This document shows, one piece after another, positions 56,648-64,000 of a DNA stretch of 64,000 nt. Each line of letters begins with the position of its first letter. Position 1 is the first letter of the stretch. A program made the translations under genes and the position numbers. This DNA is from Candidatus Spyradocola sp. GTDB taxonomy: Bacteria > Bacillota > Clostridia > Christensenellales > UBA1750. Under the pieces are notes generated by a model, which saw only the letters and a list, made by a program, of their open reading frames with translations, made no database searches and was not told the DNA's origin. The stretch is from the NCBI GenBank assembly GCA_034113365.1, contig JAXEXP010000102.1, positions 455 to 64,454 of the forward strand. The letters run 5' to 3'.

Positions 56648-57375
56648 GGTTTCTCCCTCAGTCCCTGTATTTTTTCGCGGACCTCCGCCGCCCTGCCGCA
56701 GGTGCGCTTGCCCTCGGGGCAGGCGCCGCGCGCGCAGCCCGGCCCGGCGTTTTCAAACACGCTGGGCGCGAGCGGATAGACCAGCTCGTACATGCGCCAG
56801 GCGGCCTCGCGCACCTCCCACTGGGCGCGGTTGCACATGCGCAGCGAGAAGAAGTGCAGCAGCTCGCGGGCGTTCATGGTCATCACAATGCGGGTGGCGG
56901 CGGCGCCGGGCAGCACAAAGCGCGCGTCCTCGGCGCTGTCCTGCCCGAGGGCCTCCGACCACTCGTCGTACCAGTGCTGCATGGTCTTCATCTGCCGGGC
57001 GAACTTTTCCTCGGCCTCCGGCCCCAGCGCGCGGATGCGGGGCGGCAGTACATAGTCGAACACCTCCGCGCCCGCCACCGACACGTAGCGCTGGCTCTGC
57101 ACGGAAAAGCTGGCCACGCGGTGCCGCGTGATCTGCGCCAGCAGCGTGCGCGACACGCCCTCCAGGCCAAAGGTGAAGCTGGCGTGCTCCGCGATGGAGG
57201 TGTGGCCGCTTGCCAGCACGCGGCGGATGTAGGCGGCGTTGTCCGCCGTATCGGTCTTTTTGTCCAGCCCTTCCAGGTCCAGCGCCGAGTAGCAGGTGCG
57301 CGAGGCCATCGCGATGACCTTCTCCGGCTCGGGCGTGTGGGCGATCAGGGTCACGTTCAGATGCTGCTCAGCCAT
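56644..57375 (-). CDS. thyX: FAD-dependent thymidylate synthase
   Basis: Start trimmed to the ATG at 57375. The ThyX motif is RHRVASFSVQSQRY. 243 aa. It overlaps both mrnC (8 nt) and rlmB (4 nt). Confidence 0.92.
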   Translation of the reverse strand: MAEQHLNVTLIAHTPEPEKVIAMASRTCYSALDLEGLDKKTDTADNAAYIRRVLASGHTSIAEHASFTFGLEGVSRTLLAQITRHRVASFSVQSQRYVSVAGAEVFDYVLPPRIRALGPEAEEKFARQMKTMQHWYDEWSEALGQDSAEDARFVLPGAAATRIVMTMNARELLHFFSLRMCNRAQWEVREAAWRMYELVYPLAPSVFENAGPGCARGACPEGKRTCGRAAEVREKIQGLREKP

Positions 57376-57754
57376 TTTGTTCCTCCTTGTTGATCTCCCC
57401 CAGCAGCTGCTGCAGGCGGTCGTGCCGTCCACACAGGTAAAGGTAGCCGCACAGCGCCTCCAGCGCGGTGGCGCGGCTGTAGTCGCCGGGGTTCTGGTTC
57501 TTGGGCGGGCGGGAATGCGCGTTGCGCGCGCGCCGGGCGACGTCGGCCTCCTCCTGTGTCAGGAGCGGCTCGACAAGGTCGAACGCCCTTGCCTGCGAAG
57601 CGGCGTTGACGCGCGATATGGCGCGCTTATGCAGCTTCTGCACGGACTCGTCGTGCCTGTCCAGCACGTCGCCGCGCACAAACAGGTCGTAAATGGTATC
57701 GCCGATATAGGCCAGCTGCAGCCCGTTGAGCTGCCGCACGCGTTTTTCATCCAT
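57368..57754 (-). CDS. mrnC: mini-ribonuclease 3
   Basis: 128 aa with the RNase III-like signature LAYIGDTIYDLFVR. Confidence 0.9.
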   Translation of the reverse strand: MDEKRVRQLNGLQLAYIGDTIYDLFVRGDVLDRHDESVQKLHKRAISRVNAASQARAFDLVEPLLTQEEADVARRARNAHSRPPKNQNPGDYSRATALEALCGYLYLCGRHDRLQQLLGEINKEEQNG

Positions 57755-57812
57755 AGATTCGTCTCAACGCCTTCCCGCGACGCCATGCGCCCTGCGCACA
57801 CGTCAGCAGTTT

Positions 57813-57841
57813 ATTATAACACACTTTTGCCCCCTGCACAA
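57813..57841 (-). promoter_or_regulatory. predicted promoter of the mrnC-thyX-rlmB cluster
   Basis: Minus strand TTGTGC - 17 nt - TATAAT (TGn-extended). Confidence 0.45.
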
Positions 57842-57844
57842 TCG

Positions 57845-57881
57845 ACAAAAGGGGGCCGCAGCGTGATTTGCTGCGGCCCCC
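57845..57881 (-). terminator. rho-independent terminator of thiT
   Basis: Minus strand GGGGGCCGCAGC-aaatcac-GCTGCGGCCCCC followed by TTTTGTCG. Confidence 0.85.
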
Positions 57882-57905
57882 AGGCCGATTTTCCGGTCAA
57901 TCCCG

Positions 57906-58541
57906 TCAGTTGCGCACGGCCATCTGTCGTGCGAACTTGCGCACGCCGGGGATGAAGCCGATCACCGCGCAGATGAGCGCGTCCACGCCTGCGCTGGTGA
58001 GGTTGTAGACCAGCGAGTAGACCAGCGGGTTCATGCCCTCGGGCGCGTACTCGGCAAAGTAGACCACGCCGGAGAGCACGTGGAAGAACACGCGCACGAT
58101 GCCGGCCACGACCACGCCCACGGAGAAATTGAAGGGAGACTTCCAGTTGCGGAACAGCGCGACCAGCGCGAGGCTGCCGAAGGCGAGGATGTAGTCCAGC
58201 GTGGCCTGCACCCAGCCGACGATGTACATGTCCTGGAACATCTGCAGCACGCCGTAGGCCATGGAGCAGACGAGGCCGGGGCCGAAGCCGAACGCGTAGG
58301 CGAACATCATGATGGGCAGCATGGAGGCGGGGGTGATGGAGCCGCCCTGCGGCATCTTGAGCAGGCGGATGTAGGACAGCACGAAGGAGATGGCGATGCA
58401 CAGCGCGGCGTAGGCCAGCATCTTGGCATTCCACTTTACCTTGGTGGCAAAGCACATCAGCGCCACGCCGAAGGCCACGATCAGGCCCAGCGCGATCCAG
58501 GTGCCCACCGGGATCTCGGCAAACTTTTCAAACATTTCCAT
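57906..58541 (-). CDS. thiT: ECF-transporter S component, thiamine-specific (ThiT)
   Basis: 211 aa with 6 TM helices. The gene lies directly downstream of a TPP riboswitch. Confidence 0.8.
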   Translation of the reverse strand: MEMFEKFAEIPVGTWIALGLIVAFGVALMCFATKVKWNAKMLAYAALCIAISFVLSYIRLLKMPQGGSITPASMLPIMMFAYAFGFGPGLVCSMAYGVLQMFQDMYIVGWVQATLDYILAFGSLALVALFRNWKSPFNFSVGVVVAGIVRVFFHVLSGVVYFAEYAPEGMNPLVYSLVYNLTSAGVDALICAVIGFIPGVRKFARQMAVRN

Positions 58542-58584
58542 ATTGGAGACACTCCTCTCTTGATTGCGTGGGTTCCCCGGGACA

Positions 58585-58616
58585 TAAAAAAACCGTGCTC
58601 AGCCAAATGAACACGG
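58585..58616 (-). terminator. expression-platform terminator of the TPP riboswitch
   Basis: Minus strand CGTGTTCA-tttggc-TGAGCACG (one G-U pair) followed by GTTTTTTTTAT, between the aptamer and the thiT RBS. Confidence 0.65.
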
Positions 58617-58664
58617 GAATGCGTGCCAAAGTGTTTACAGGTTGGAAACAGGCAAACAGCTTGA

Positions 58665-58750
58665 CTTATGCGCTTCCCTACGGTAGGATTAACTACACAG
58701 GTTCAAAGGGTTGAAGCTGCGCTTCTCTCAGCCCGGAGGCTCCCCCAGCT
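58665..58750 (-). promoter_or_regulatory. TPP (THI-box) riboswitch aptamer
   Basis: The minus strand reads GGGGAGCCUCCGGGCUGAGAGAAGCGCAGCUUCAACCCUUUGAACCUGUGUAGUUAAUCCUACCGUAGGGAAGCGC. It contains the conserved CUGAGA, ACCCUUUGAACCUG and GUAGGGAA elements. Confidence 0.88.
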
Positions 58751-58761
58751 TTTTCGGAATT

Positions 58762-58790
58762 ATCATAAGCCCTTGGGCGCCTTTTGTCAA
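58762..58790 (-). promoter_or_regulatory. sigma-A promoter driving the TPP riboswitch-thiT transcript
   Basis: Minus strand TTGACA - 17 nt - TATGAT, about 15 nt upstream of the aptamer. Confidence 0.6.
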
Positions 58791-58847
58791 GAACTGTTTC
58801 ATGATAAGGATATGAAGCGCTTTTTCCCGACGGTTAGGAGGCGCGCC

Positions 58848-59432
58848 ATGCCGCATCATTTTTTTGCCTACATGTCCCGCATGAAGCACATCAAGCGCTG
58901 GGCGCTGATGCGCAACACCTGGCAGGAGGACATCGCGCAGCACTCGCTGCAGGTGGGCATGATCGCCCATGCGCTGGCCTGCCTGCACAACGAGCGCTTC
59001 GGCGGCGGCGCGAACCCCGCGCGGGCGCTGGAGCTGGCCGTCTACCACGAGGCGCCCGAGGTCATCACCGGCGACCTGCCCACGCCCATCAAATACTTCA
59101 ACCCCGACATCCGCGCGTCCTACAAGCGCATCGAGGGCGTTGCGGCGGACAAGCTGCTCACCATGCTGCCCGGCGACCTGCAGCCCTCTTACGCGCCGCT
59201 GCTGTGCGCACCCGAGCAGGACCCCGAGTGGCGCAGGGTGAAGGCCGCGGACAAGATCGCCGCCTACATCAAGTGCGTGGAGGAGGAGCGCGCAGGCAAC
59301 GCGGAGTTTTCCAAGGCCGGGCAGAGCATCCGCCGCGAGCTGGACGGGTTTTCCGCGCAGCTGCCCGAGGTGCAGGCCTTTCTCGAGGACTTCCTGCCCT
59401 CCTTCAGCCTGACGCTGGACGAGCTGAACTGA
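58848..59432 (+). CDS. yfbR: 5'-deoxynucleotidase, YfbR-like HD-domain protein
   Basis: Start trimmed to the ATG at 58848 (AGGAGG upstream). MSRMKHIKRWALMRN...AQHSLQV...YHEAPEVITGDLPTP...KAADKIAAYIKC is typical YfbR. 194 aa. Confidence 0.8.
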   Translation: MPHHFFAYMSRMKHIKRWALMRNTWQEDIAQHSLQVGMIAHALACLHNERFGGGANPARALELAVYHEAPEVITGDLPTPIKYFNPDIRASYKRIEGVAADKLLTMLPGDLQPSYAPLLCAPEQDPEWRRVKAADKIAAYIKCVEEERAGNAEFSKAGQSIRRELDGFSAQLPEVQAFLEDFLPSFSLTLDELN

Positions 59433-59503
59433 AGTGCAACATTTTCCCCGCGTGGTTCGTCTGTTTGACAACTTAAATGGAACTCTTTTTTCAGGAGGCT
59501 GCT

Positions 59504-60814
59504 ATGTACCGCAAGATCATGTGTATCGTGCTTTGCCTGATGCTGCTGAGCGTCACCGCCTGTGCGGCAAAGACGCCCGCGGCAGACCCCGCTCCCGCCC
59601 CGGAGGAGACGCCCGCCGCCGAGATCCCTGCCGAGGGCACGCCCGCGCCCAGCGCTTCGGACGAGCCTGCGCCCGACGAGGATCCCGTGGACATGACCCG
59701 CGTATCCGACATGCTGCTGCAGACCGAGAACTTCTCCGTCGCGCTGCTCAAGAACCTCAAGACGGCGTACACCGAGCAGAACACGCTGTTCTCGCCGCTG
59801 GCGCTCAACGCGTCCGTCGCGTCGCTGTACGCGGCTGCGGGCGGCGACACCGAGGAGGAGCTGCGCGTGCTGATGGGCTACACCACAGAGCCCGAGGACA
59901 CGGTGGAGACGCTGGCCACGCTCATCGCCTCCATCGACAGCGACCGCTTCAGCCTGGGCAACAGCCTGCACCTGACAAAGCGCGTGGGCTTCTCCGAGGA
60001 ATACCTGAACAACGTCGCCTCGCCGCTGCGCATCAGCACCTATTCGCAGGACTATGCGGACGTGGCCACCTTCCAGTCCATCAACGCCTGCGCCGAGGTG
60101 TTCACCGGCGGCAAGGTGCCCTCCGTGCTGGAGAGCACCGCCGCGGCCGACACGCTGTACCTGCTGACGGCCTTTGACGTCAGGGGCGCGTTCGATCAGC
60201 CCTTTGACGCCGCCCGCACCACCACCGGCTCCTTCGAGTCGCCCACGGGCCTGGTGTCCTGCCGCATGATGCGCGGAGACTTCACGCTGGGCTACGCCGA
60301 GGACGAGTACATGCAGCTGGTCAGCCTGCCCCTGGAGGGCGGCGCGATGCAGCTCAAGCTCATCCTGCCGCGCGAGGGCGGCGAGAGCGCGTTTGACGAG
60401 GCGCTGATCCAGTACGCCGACGCGTGGCTCTCCCCCGAGGCCGAGACGCAGCAGTCCGTGAGCCTGACGCTGCCCGCCTTTACGCTCTCCTCCAACGCCA
60501 GCTACCGCGAGATCCTGGCCTCCATGGGCCTGAACAACGCGCTGCGCGCCCAGACCGTGGAGCTGACGGGCATGCTCAACCCCGACCTGGTGCTGCCCAC
60601 CCCCGTCAACGACGTGTTCTCCGTCGCCGCACTGACCTTCTCCGAGGGCGGCGTCAACCTGCGCGACGGCCAGACCATCTCCCCCGCCGCGGCCGAGCCC
60701 TCCGAGGAGAGCGTCGAGCTGGTGTTCGACCACCCCTTCCTGGCGGCCGTCACCGACACCCAGACCGGCGCGCTGCTGGCCGTGGGCTGGGTCACCACCG
60801 TCGCCGAGCGCTGA
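59504..60814 (+). CDS. serpin-family lipoprotein
   Basis: Start at the ATG at 59504 (AGGAGG 5 nt upstream). The lipobox is LLSVTAC. A Pro/Ala/Glu-rich linker is followed by a serpin core (NTLFSPLALNASVASLY...) and the C-terminal signature VFDHPFLAAV. 436 aa. Confidence 0.8.
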   Translation: MYRKIMCIVLCLMLLSVTACAAKTPAADPAPAPEETPAAEIPAEGTPAPSASDEPAPDEDPVDMTRVSDMLLQTENFSVALLKNLKTAYTEQNTLFSPLALNASVASLYAAAGGDTEEELRVLMGYTTEPEDTVETLATLIASIDSDRFSLGNSLHLTKRVGFSEEYLNNVASPLRISTYSQDYADVATFQSINACAEVFTGGKVPSVLESTAAADTLYLLTAFDVRGAFDQPFDAARTTTGSFESPTGLVSCRMMRGDFTLGYAEDEYMQLVSLPLEGGAMQLKLILPREGGESAFDEALIQYADAWLSPEAETQQSVSLTLPAFTLSSNASYREILASMGLNNALRAQTVELTGMLNPDLVLPTPVNDVFSVAALTFSEGGVNLRDGQTISPAAAEPSEESVELVFDHPFLAAVTDTQTGALLAVGWVTTVAER

Positions 60815-60830
60815 GTACACAATACGATTT

Positions 60831-60866
60831 AAGGCATCCGCAGGGAGTTGACCTTGCGGATGCCTT
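60831..60866 (+). terminator. hairpin after the serpin gene
   Basis: AAGGCATCCGCA-gggagttgacct-TGCGGATGCCTT, with a weak U-tract (GCTGTGTG). Confidence 0.5.
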
Positions 60867-60904
60867 GCTGTGTGCAGAATAACGTTTGGAGCACATCATT
60901 GGGG

Positions 60905-61100
60905 TTACGGCCTTAAGGCTCCCCTTGAGGTTTACCCGGAGGGGCGAAGCCCTGAAGGTCGAGCGTTTTTTCAGAAACAGTCCAGTGGACTGTTTTGAAA
61001 AATAAGCCGACCGGAACACCGGGCTTTCCTGAAAGGGAAGCACGGTGCGGAGCGGGGGGCTGGCCGGCCTTCGGCCGGCTGAAGGGTGGAGCCGCAACTT
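60905..61100 (+). repeat. intergenic modular hairpin repeat, copy C (proximal modules plus hairpin/TGAAGGGTG)
   Basis: With copy B it shares GGCT(T)CCCCTTG.GG.TT.ACCC...GGGGCGAAGCCCTG.AGGTCGAG, AAACAGTCCAGTGGACTGTT, AATAAGCCGACCGGAACACC and GGTGCGGAGCGGG. The hairpin GCCGGCC-ttc-GGCCGGC lies at 61063-61079. Confidence 0.85.
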
Positions 61101-61105
61101 CGTCT

Positions 61106-61624
61106 CTACTCAAAATCCGTGATCTCAAAGGTGCACTGGGGCGCGCCGCCCGCGATGGTCTCGAGGATGCGGACGCGGACCGGTCTGCCGAACGCCTCTG
61201 CAAACAGGCGCTGATACCACCCGGCGGAGCACTCGCAGTAGGCGGGGTTCATCTCCTTTGCCGCCTTGGGGATGTTGCAGTAGCATTGCGTGTAGACCGC
61301 GATGATGCGGCCCGGCTCCAGGCGCAGGCGCCTGCCGCCGATGTCCGCTTCATTGAGCAGGCGCAGGAATTCCGCCGTGCCGCCGGACTGCGCGCGCAGC
61401 TTTTTCGCCGTTTTAACGGCCGAGGCGGACAGGCAGCGCCCGCCGCAGCGGCGCATGGGCGCGGTCATGTCGATGCACAGTTCGCCTGCGGCGTTCAGCA
61501 GCCGGTTGATGTAGGCCGCCTGTTTGCGCGGCGTGGCGGCAGCGTCGATGTCGCCGATGCGGGCGCGGACGGCTTCGGCGGCCGGCTCGTCCATGTTTTC
61601 CAGTATGCGCAGGGCCTTGTTCAT
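61106..61624 (-). CDS. hypothetical cysteine-rich protein (possible metal-binding, DUF6144-like)
   Basis: ORF trimmed to the ATG at 61624, overlapping the upstream gene stop (ATGA). 172 aa. The Cys pattern is C..CGGRC ... CYC ... YCECSAGWYQRLFE ... PQCTFEI. Confidence 0.55.
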   Translation of the reverse strand: MNKALRILENMDEPAAEAVRARIGDIDAAATPRKQAAYINRLLNAAGELCIDMTAPMRRCGGRCLSASAVKTAKKLRAQSGGTAEFLRLLNEADIGGRRLRLEPGRIIAVYTQCYCNIPKAAKEMNPAYCECSAGWYQRLFAEAFGRPVRVRILETIAGGAPQCTFEITDFE

Positions 61625-62061
61625 GCGTCTGACCTCCCTTGTGTGAGCAGCAGGTATTGCGCGGCGGTCACGAAATTGTCCGCATCGCGCGCGTCGAGGC
61701 CGCGGCGGACGAACAGGTCGTCCCAGACGGCGGCGGCGCGCCGGATGTCGGCGCACTCGACGTGGAAGAAGCCCGTCGTGCGGTCGATGCCCACGAGCAC
61801 CTCGCCGTCAAGGCGGTAAGCGGCGACGCCGGGCTGCGCGCCATCCGGCAGTTTTTCGCGGTGGACGTCGTTGTCCAGCAGATTGCCCTCCACCACGGAG
61901 AGGAAGTCCGCGTCCGCATAGGGCTGCGGCGCGTATTTCGCCACGAAATACCGCTCCAGCTCGATTCCGCTGATGCGGTTGGGCACAAGGCGGTCGCGGT
62001 TCTGCGCATAGATGCGCCGCCAGCGTTCTACGTCCCGCCGGGTCGCCTTTTGTGTAATCAT
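61621..62061 (-). CDS. hypothetical protein
   Basis: ORF trimmed to the ATG at 62061 (AGGTGA upstream). 146 aa, no family recognised. It is co-oriented with and overlaps the downstream Cys-rich gene. Confidence 0.5.
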   Translation of the reverse strand: MITQKATRRDVERWRRIYAQNRDRLVPNRISGIELERYFVAKYAPQPYADADFLSVVEGNLLDNDVHREKLPDGAQPGVAAYRLDGEVLVGIDRTTGFFHVECADIRRAAAVWDDLFVRRGLDARDADNFVTAAQYLLLTQGRSDA

Positions 62062-62191
62062 TGTGCTCACCTGCCTTTTTTTAATTATAACTCGGCAACG
62101 CAGCGCGCTGCAAGCGCTTTTACCGGCGTGCGTTTTGTTGTATAATAGGGGCAGAGAGGGAGTTTTTCCTCCGGAAACAGGGAGGTTTTTT

Positions 62192-63955
62192 ATGATAAAC
62201 GGAAACACGCAGGGCATACGGCAGGCGCTGCTGGAGCAGATGGAGACGATGCAGCAGATCGAGTGCGAGCGCGACGAGTTCCTGCCCGAGGAGCTGATGC
62301 GGCAGCTGGCGCGCTACACGGGGCTGCTGGGGCGCGAGATCTCGGTGTATCTGTCGCGCGGCGGCGACGTGCTGGACGTGACGGTGGGCGACGCGCAGAC
62401 CGTCTCTCTGGCCAGCGTCAACACGCGGCGGTCACTGACGCGGCTGTCGGGCGTGCGGTGCATCCACACCCATCCGGGCGGGGACAGCACGCTCTCGGGC
62501 GTGGATCTGCAGTCGCTGCAGCGGCTGCGGCTGGACGCGATGGCCGCCATCGGCGTGAACGCAGAGGGGCAGGCCACGGCGCTGTCGGTGGCGTTTTTGG
62601 GCGAACCGGCGGAGGACGGGCAATACAATCTGCTGCTGACCAAGCCCTTTTCCCCGGCGCGCATCCCGCAGGCGGGGCTGATGCAGCAGATCGACGAGGC
62701 CGACCGCCGCATCGCGGCCGCCTCGCCGCCCGAGGAGCGGCACACCGAGCGCGCGCTGGTGGTGGGGCTTGCCGAGAGCGAGGACGCGCCCACGCTGCTG
62801 GAGCTGGAGCGGCTGGCGGACACCGCGGGCGCAAAGGTGGTGGCGCGCATCTACCAGAACCGCTCCAAGGCGGAGGCGGGCACCTACATCGGCGCGGGCA
62901 AGGCGCGGGAGCTGTCGCTGATGGTGCAGAGCGCGGACATCGACCTGGTGATCATGGACGACGAGCTGACGGGCGCGCAGGTGCGCAACCTGGAGGAGCT
63001 GATCGGCTGCCGCGTGATCGACCGCACGACGCTGATCCTGGACATCTTCGCGCAGCGGGCGTCGTCGCGCGAGGGCAAGCTGCAGGTGGAGCTGGCACAG
63101 ATGAAGTATCAGCTGCCGCGGCTGTCGGGCTTGGGCGTGGTGCTGTCGCGCTTGGGCGGCGGCATCGGCACGCGCGGCCCGGGCGAGACCAAGCTGGAGA
63201 TGGACAGGCGGCGCATCCGCAGGCGCATCACGGACATCTCGCGCGAATTGGAGGAGGTACGCAGGCAGCGGACGCTGCGGCGGGCGCGGCGGGTGCGCAA
63301 CGAGGTGCCCGTGGCGGCCATCGTGGGCTACACCAACGCGGGCAAGTCCTCGCTGCTCAACCTGCTCTCGGGTGCGGACGTGCTGGCCGAGGACAAGCTG
63401 TTCGCCACGCTGGACCCCGTCACGCGGCGCATCACGCTGCCCTGCGGCATGGACTGCCTGCTGGTGGACACCGTGGGGTTCATCAGCAAGCTGCCGCACG
63501 AGCTGGTCAATGCCTTCCGCTCCACGCTGGAGGAGGCGATGCACGCCGACCTGCTGCTCATCGTGCAGGACGTGTCCGACGAGAACTTCGCCGAGCAGCA
63601 GCGCGTGGTGATGCAGGTGCTCTCCGACCTGGGCGCGGGCGACAAGCCCATGCTGCACGTCTACAACAAGCACGATCTGGCGCCCAACGTGGCCAGCGAC
63701 CACGAGGACGTGATCCTGTTCTCCGCGCGCACGGGCGAGGGCGTGTCCGAGCTGCTGAACGCCATCCAGACGCAGTTGCGCCGCGCGCACCGCGAGCTGG
63801 ACGTGGTCATCCCCTATGCAAAGGGTGACGTGGTGTCCTACCTGCACAAGTATGGCACGGTGGAGAGCGAGGACTACACAGCGGACGGCACGCACATCGT
63901 CGCGCTGGTGGATCCCGTCACCGAGGAGCGCGTGCGCAAGATGCTCGGGGAATGA
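62192..63955 (+). CDS. hflX: GTPase HflX with an N-terminal JAB/MPN-like extension
   Basis: Start trimmed to the ATG at 62192 (GGGAGG 6 nt upstream). From about aa 186 the canonical HflX N-domain is present (ERALVVGL...ELTGAQVRNLEE...IDRTTLILDIFAQRA). The G domain has GYTNAGKSSL, DTVGF and NKHD. The first ~185 aa are extra. Confidence 0.9.
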   Translation: MINGNTQGIRQALLEQMETMQQIECERDEFLPEELMRQLARYTGLLGREISVYLSRGGDVLDVTVGDAQTVSLASVNTRRSLTRLSGVRCIHTHPGGDSTLSGVDLQSLQRLRLDAMAAIGVNAEGQATALSVAFLGEPAEDGQYNLLLTKPFSPARIPQAGLMQQIDEADRRIAAASPPEERHTERALVVGLAESEDAPTLLELERLADTAGAKVVARIYQNRSKAEAGTYIGAGKARELSLMVQSADIDLVIMDDELTGAQVRNLEELIGCRVIDRTTLILDIFAQRASSREGKLQVELAQMKYQLPRLSGLGVVLSRLGGGIGTRGPGETKLEMDRRRIRRRITDISRELEEVRRQRTLRRARRVRNEVPVAAIVGYTNAGKSSLLNLLSGADVLAEDKLFATLDPVTRRITLPCGMDCLLVDTVGFISKLPHELVNAFRSTLEEAMHADLLLIVQDVSDENFAEQQRVVMQVLSDLGAGDKPMLHVYNKHDLAPNVASDHEDVILFSARTGEGVSELLNAIQTQLRRAHRELDVVIPYAKGDVVSYLHKYGTVESEDYTADGTHIVALVDPVTEERVRKMLGE

Positions 63956-64000
63956 TGTTGTTATCCGGATAGAGAAATGCCTCCGTGTTTTTCACACGGG

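Overview
This 64-kb window is chromosomal DNA from a visibly high-GC Gram-positive anaerobe (GC not computed). The gene content fits Clostridia of the Oscillospiraceae/Ruminococcaceae type, which is an inference from these markers: mrnC-thyX-rlmB-yacP-sigH, lepA...hemW...hrcA-grpE-dnaK-dnaJ with a perfect CIRCE operator, hydE, and an ECF-type ThiT behind a TPP riboswitch. I call about 67 protein genes. Most are housekeeping or metabolic: cdsA (partial), uppS, frr, murA, ybaK, asnS, gpsA, leuA, pyrH, tsf, rpsB, hemW, lepA and hflX. The rest are accessory: peptidases, GNATs, MFS transporters, a KdpD/KdpE-like two-component pair, LrgAB, a serpin lipoprotein and an SH3b/Big_2 surface protein. I found no rRNA, tRNA, CRISPR array, transposase, integrase or recognisable defence system. 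Many long ORFs in the track are antisense or alternate-frame artefacts of the high GC. Several real genes needed their starts trimmed, which I did by codon arithmetic from the ORF track plus RBS inspection. The observations most worth follow-up are listed here. (1) A modular, multi-hairpin intergenic repeat family is present in four same-orientation copies, and stem changes between copies are compensatory. (2) A 297-bp hairpin-rich, ORF-less element with 9-bp terminal inverted repeats sits between dnaJ and its terminator and has duplicated the 32-bp terminator hairpin. (3) About 115 bp of the gpsA 3-prime end is duplicated, and the copy differs mostly at synonymous sites. (4) An ECF-type sigma factor gene carries an in-frame TAA at codon 19. 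(5) HflX carries an N-terminal extension of about 185 aa with an exact JAMM/RadC-like HxHx7Sx2D motif. (6) Two paralogous P-loop GTPase genes lie in tandem, and one has a DUF697-like membrane tail. (7) A cytosolic C39/papain-like cysteine peptidase gene is translationally coupled to hydE. (8) A dense cluster of DnaA-box-like motifs, including one perfect TGTGGATAA, lies in the M28 peptidase/gpsA divergent region. (9) The conserved rpsB-tsf-pyrH and frr-uppS-cdsA blocks are separated by 32.5 kb.
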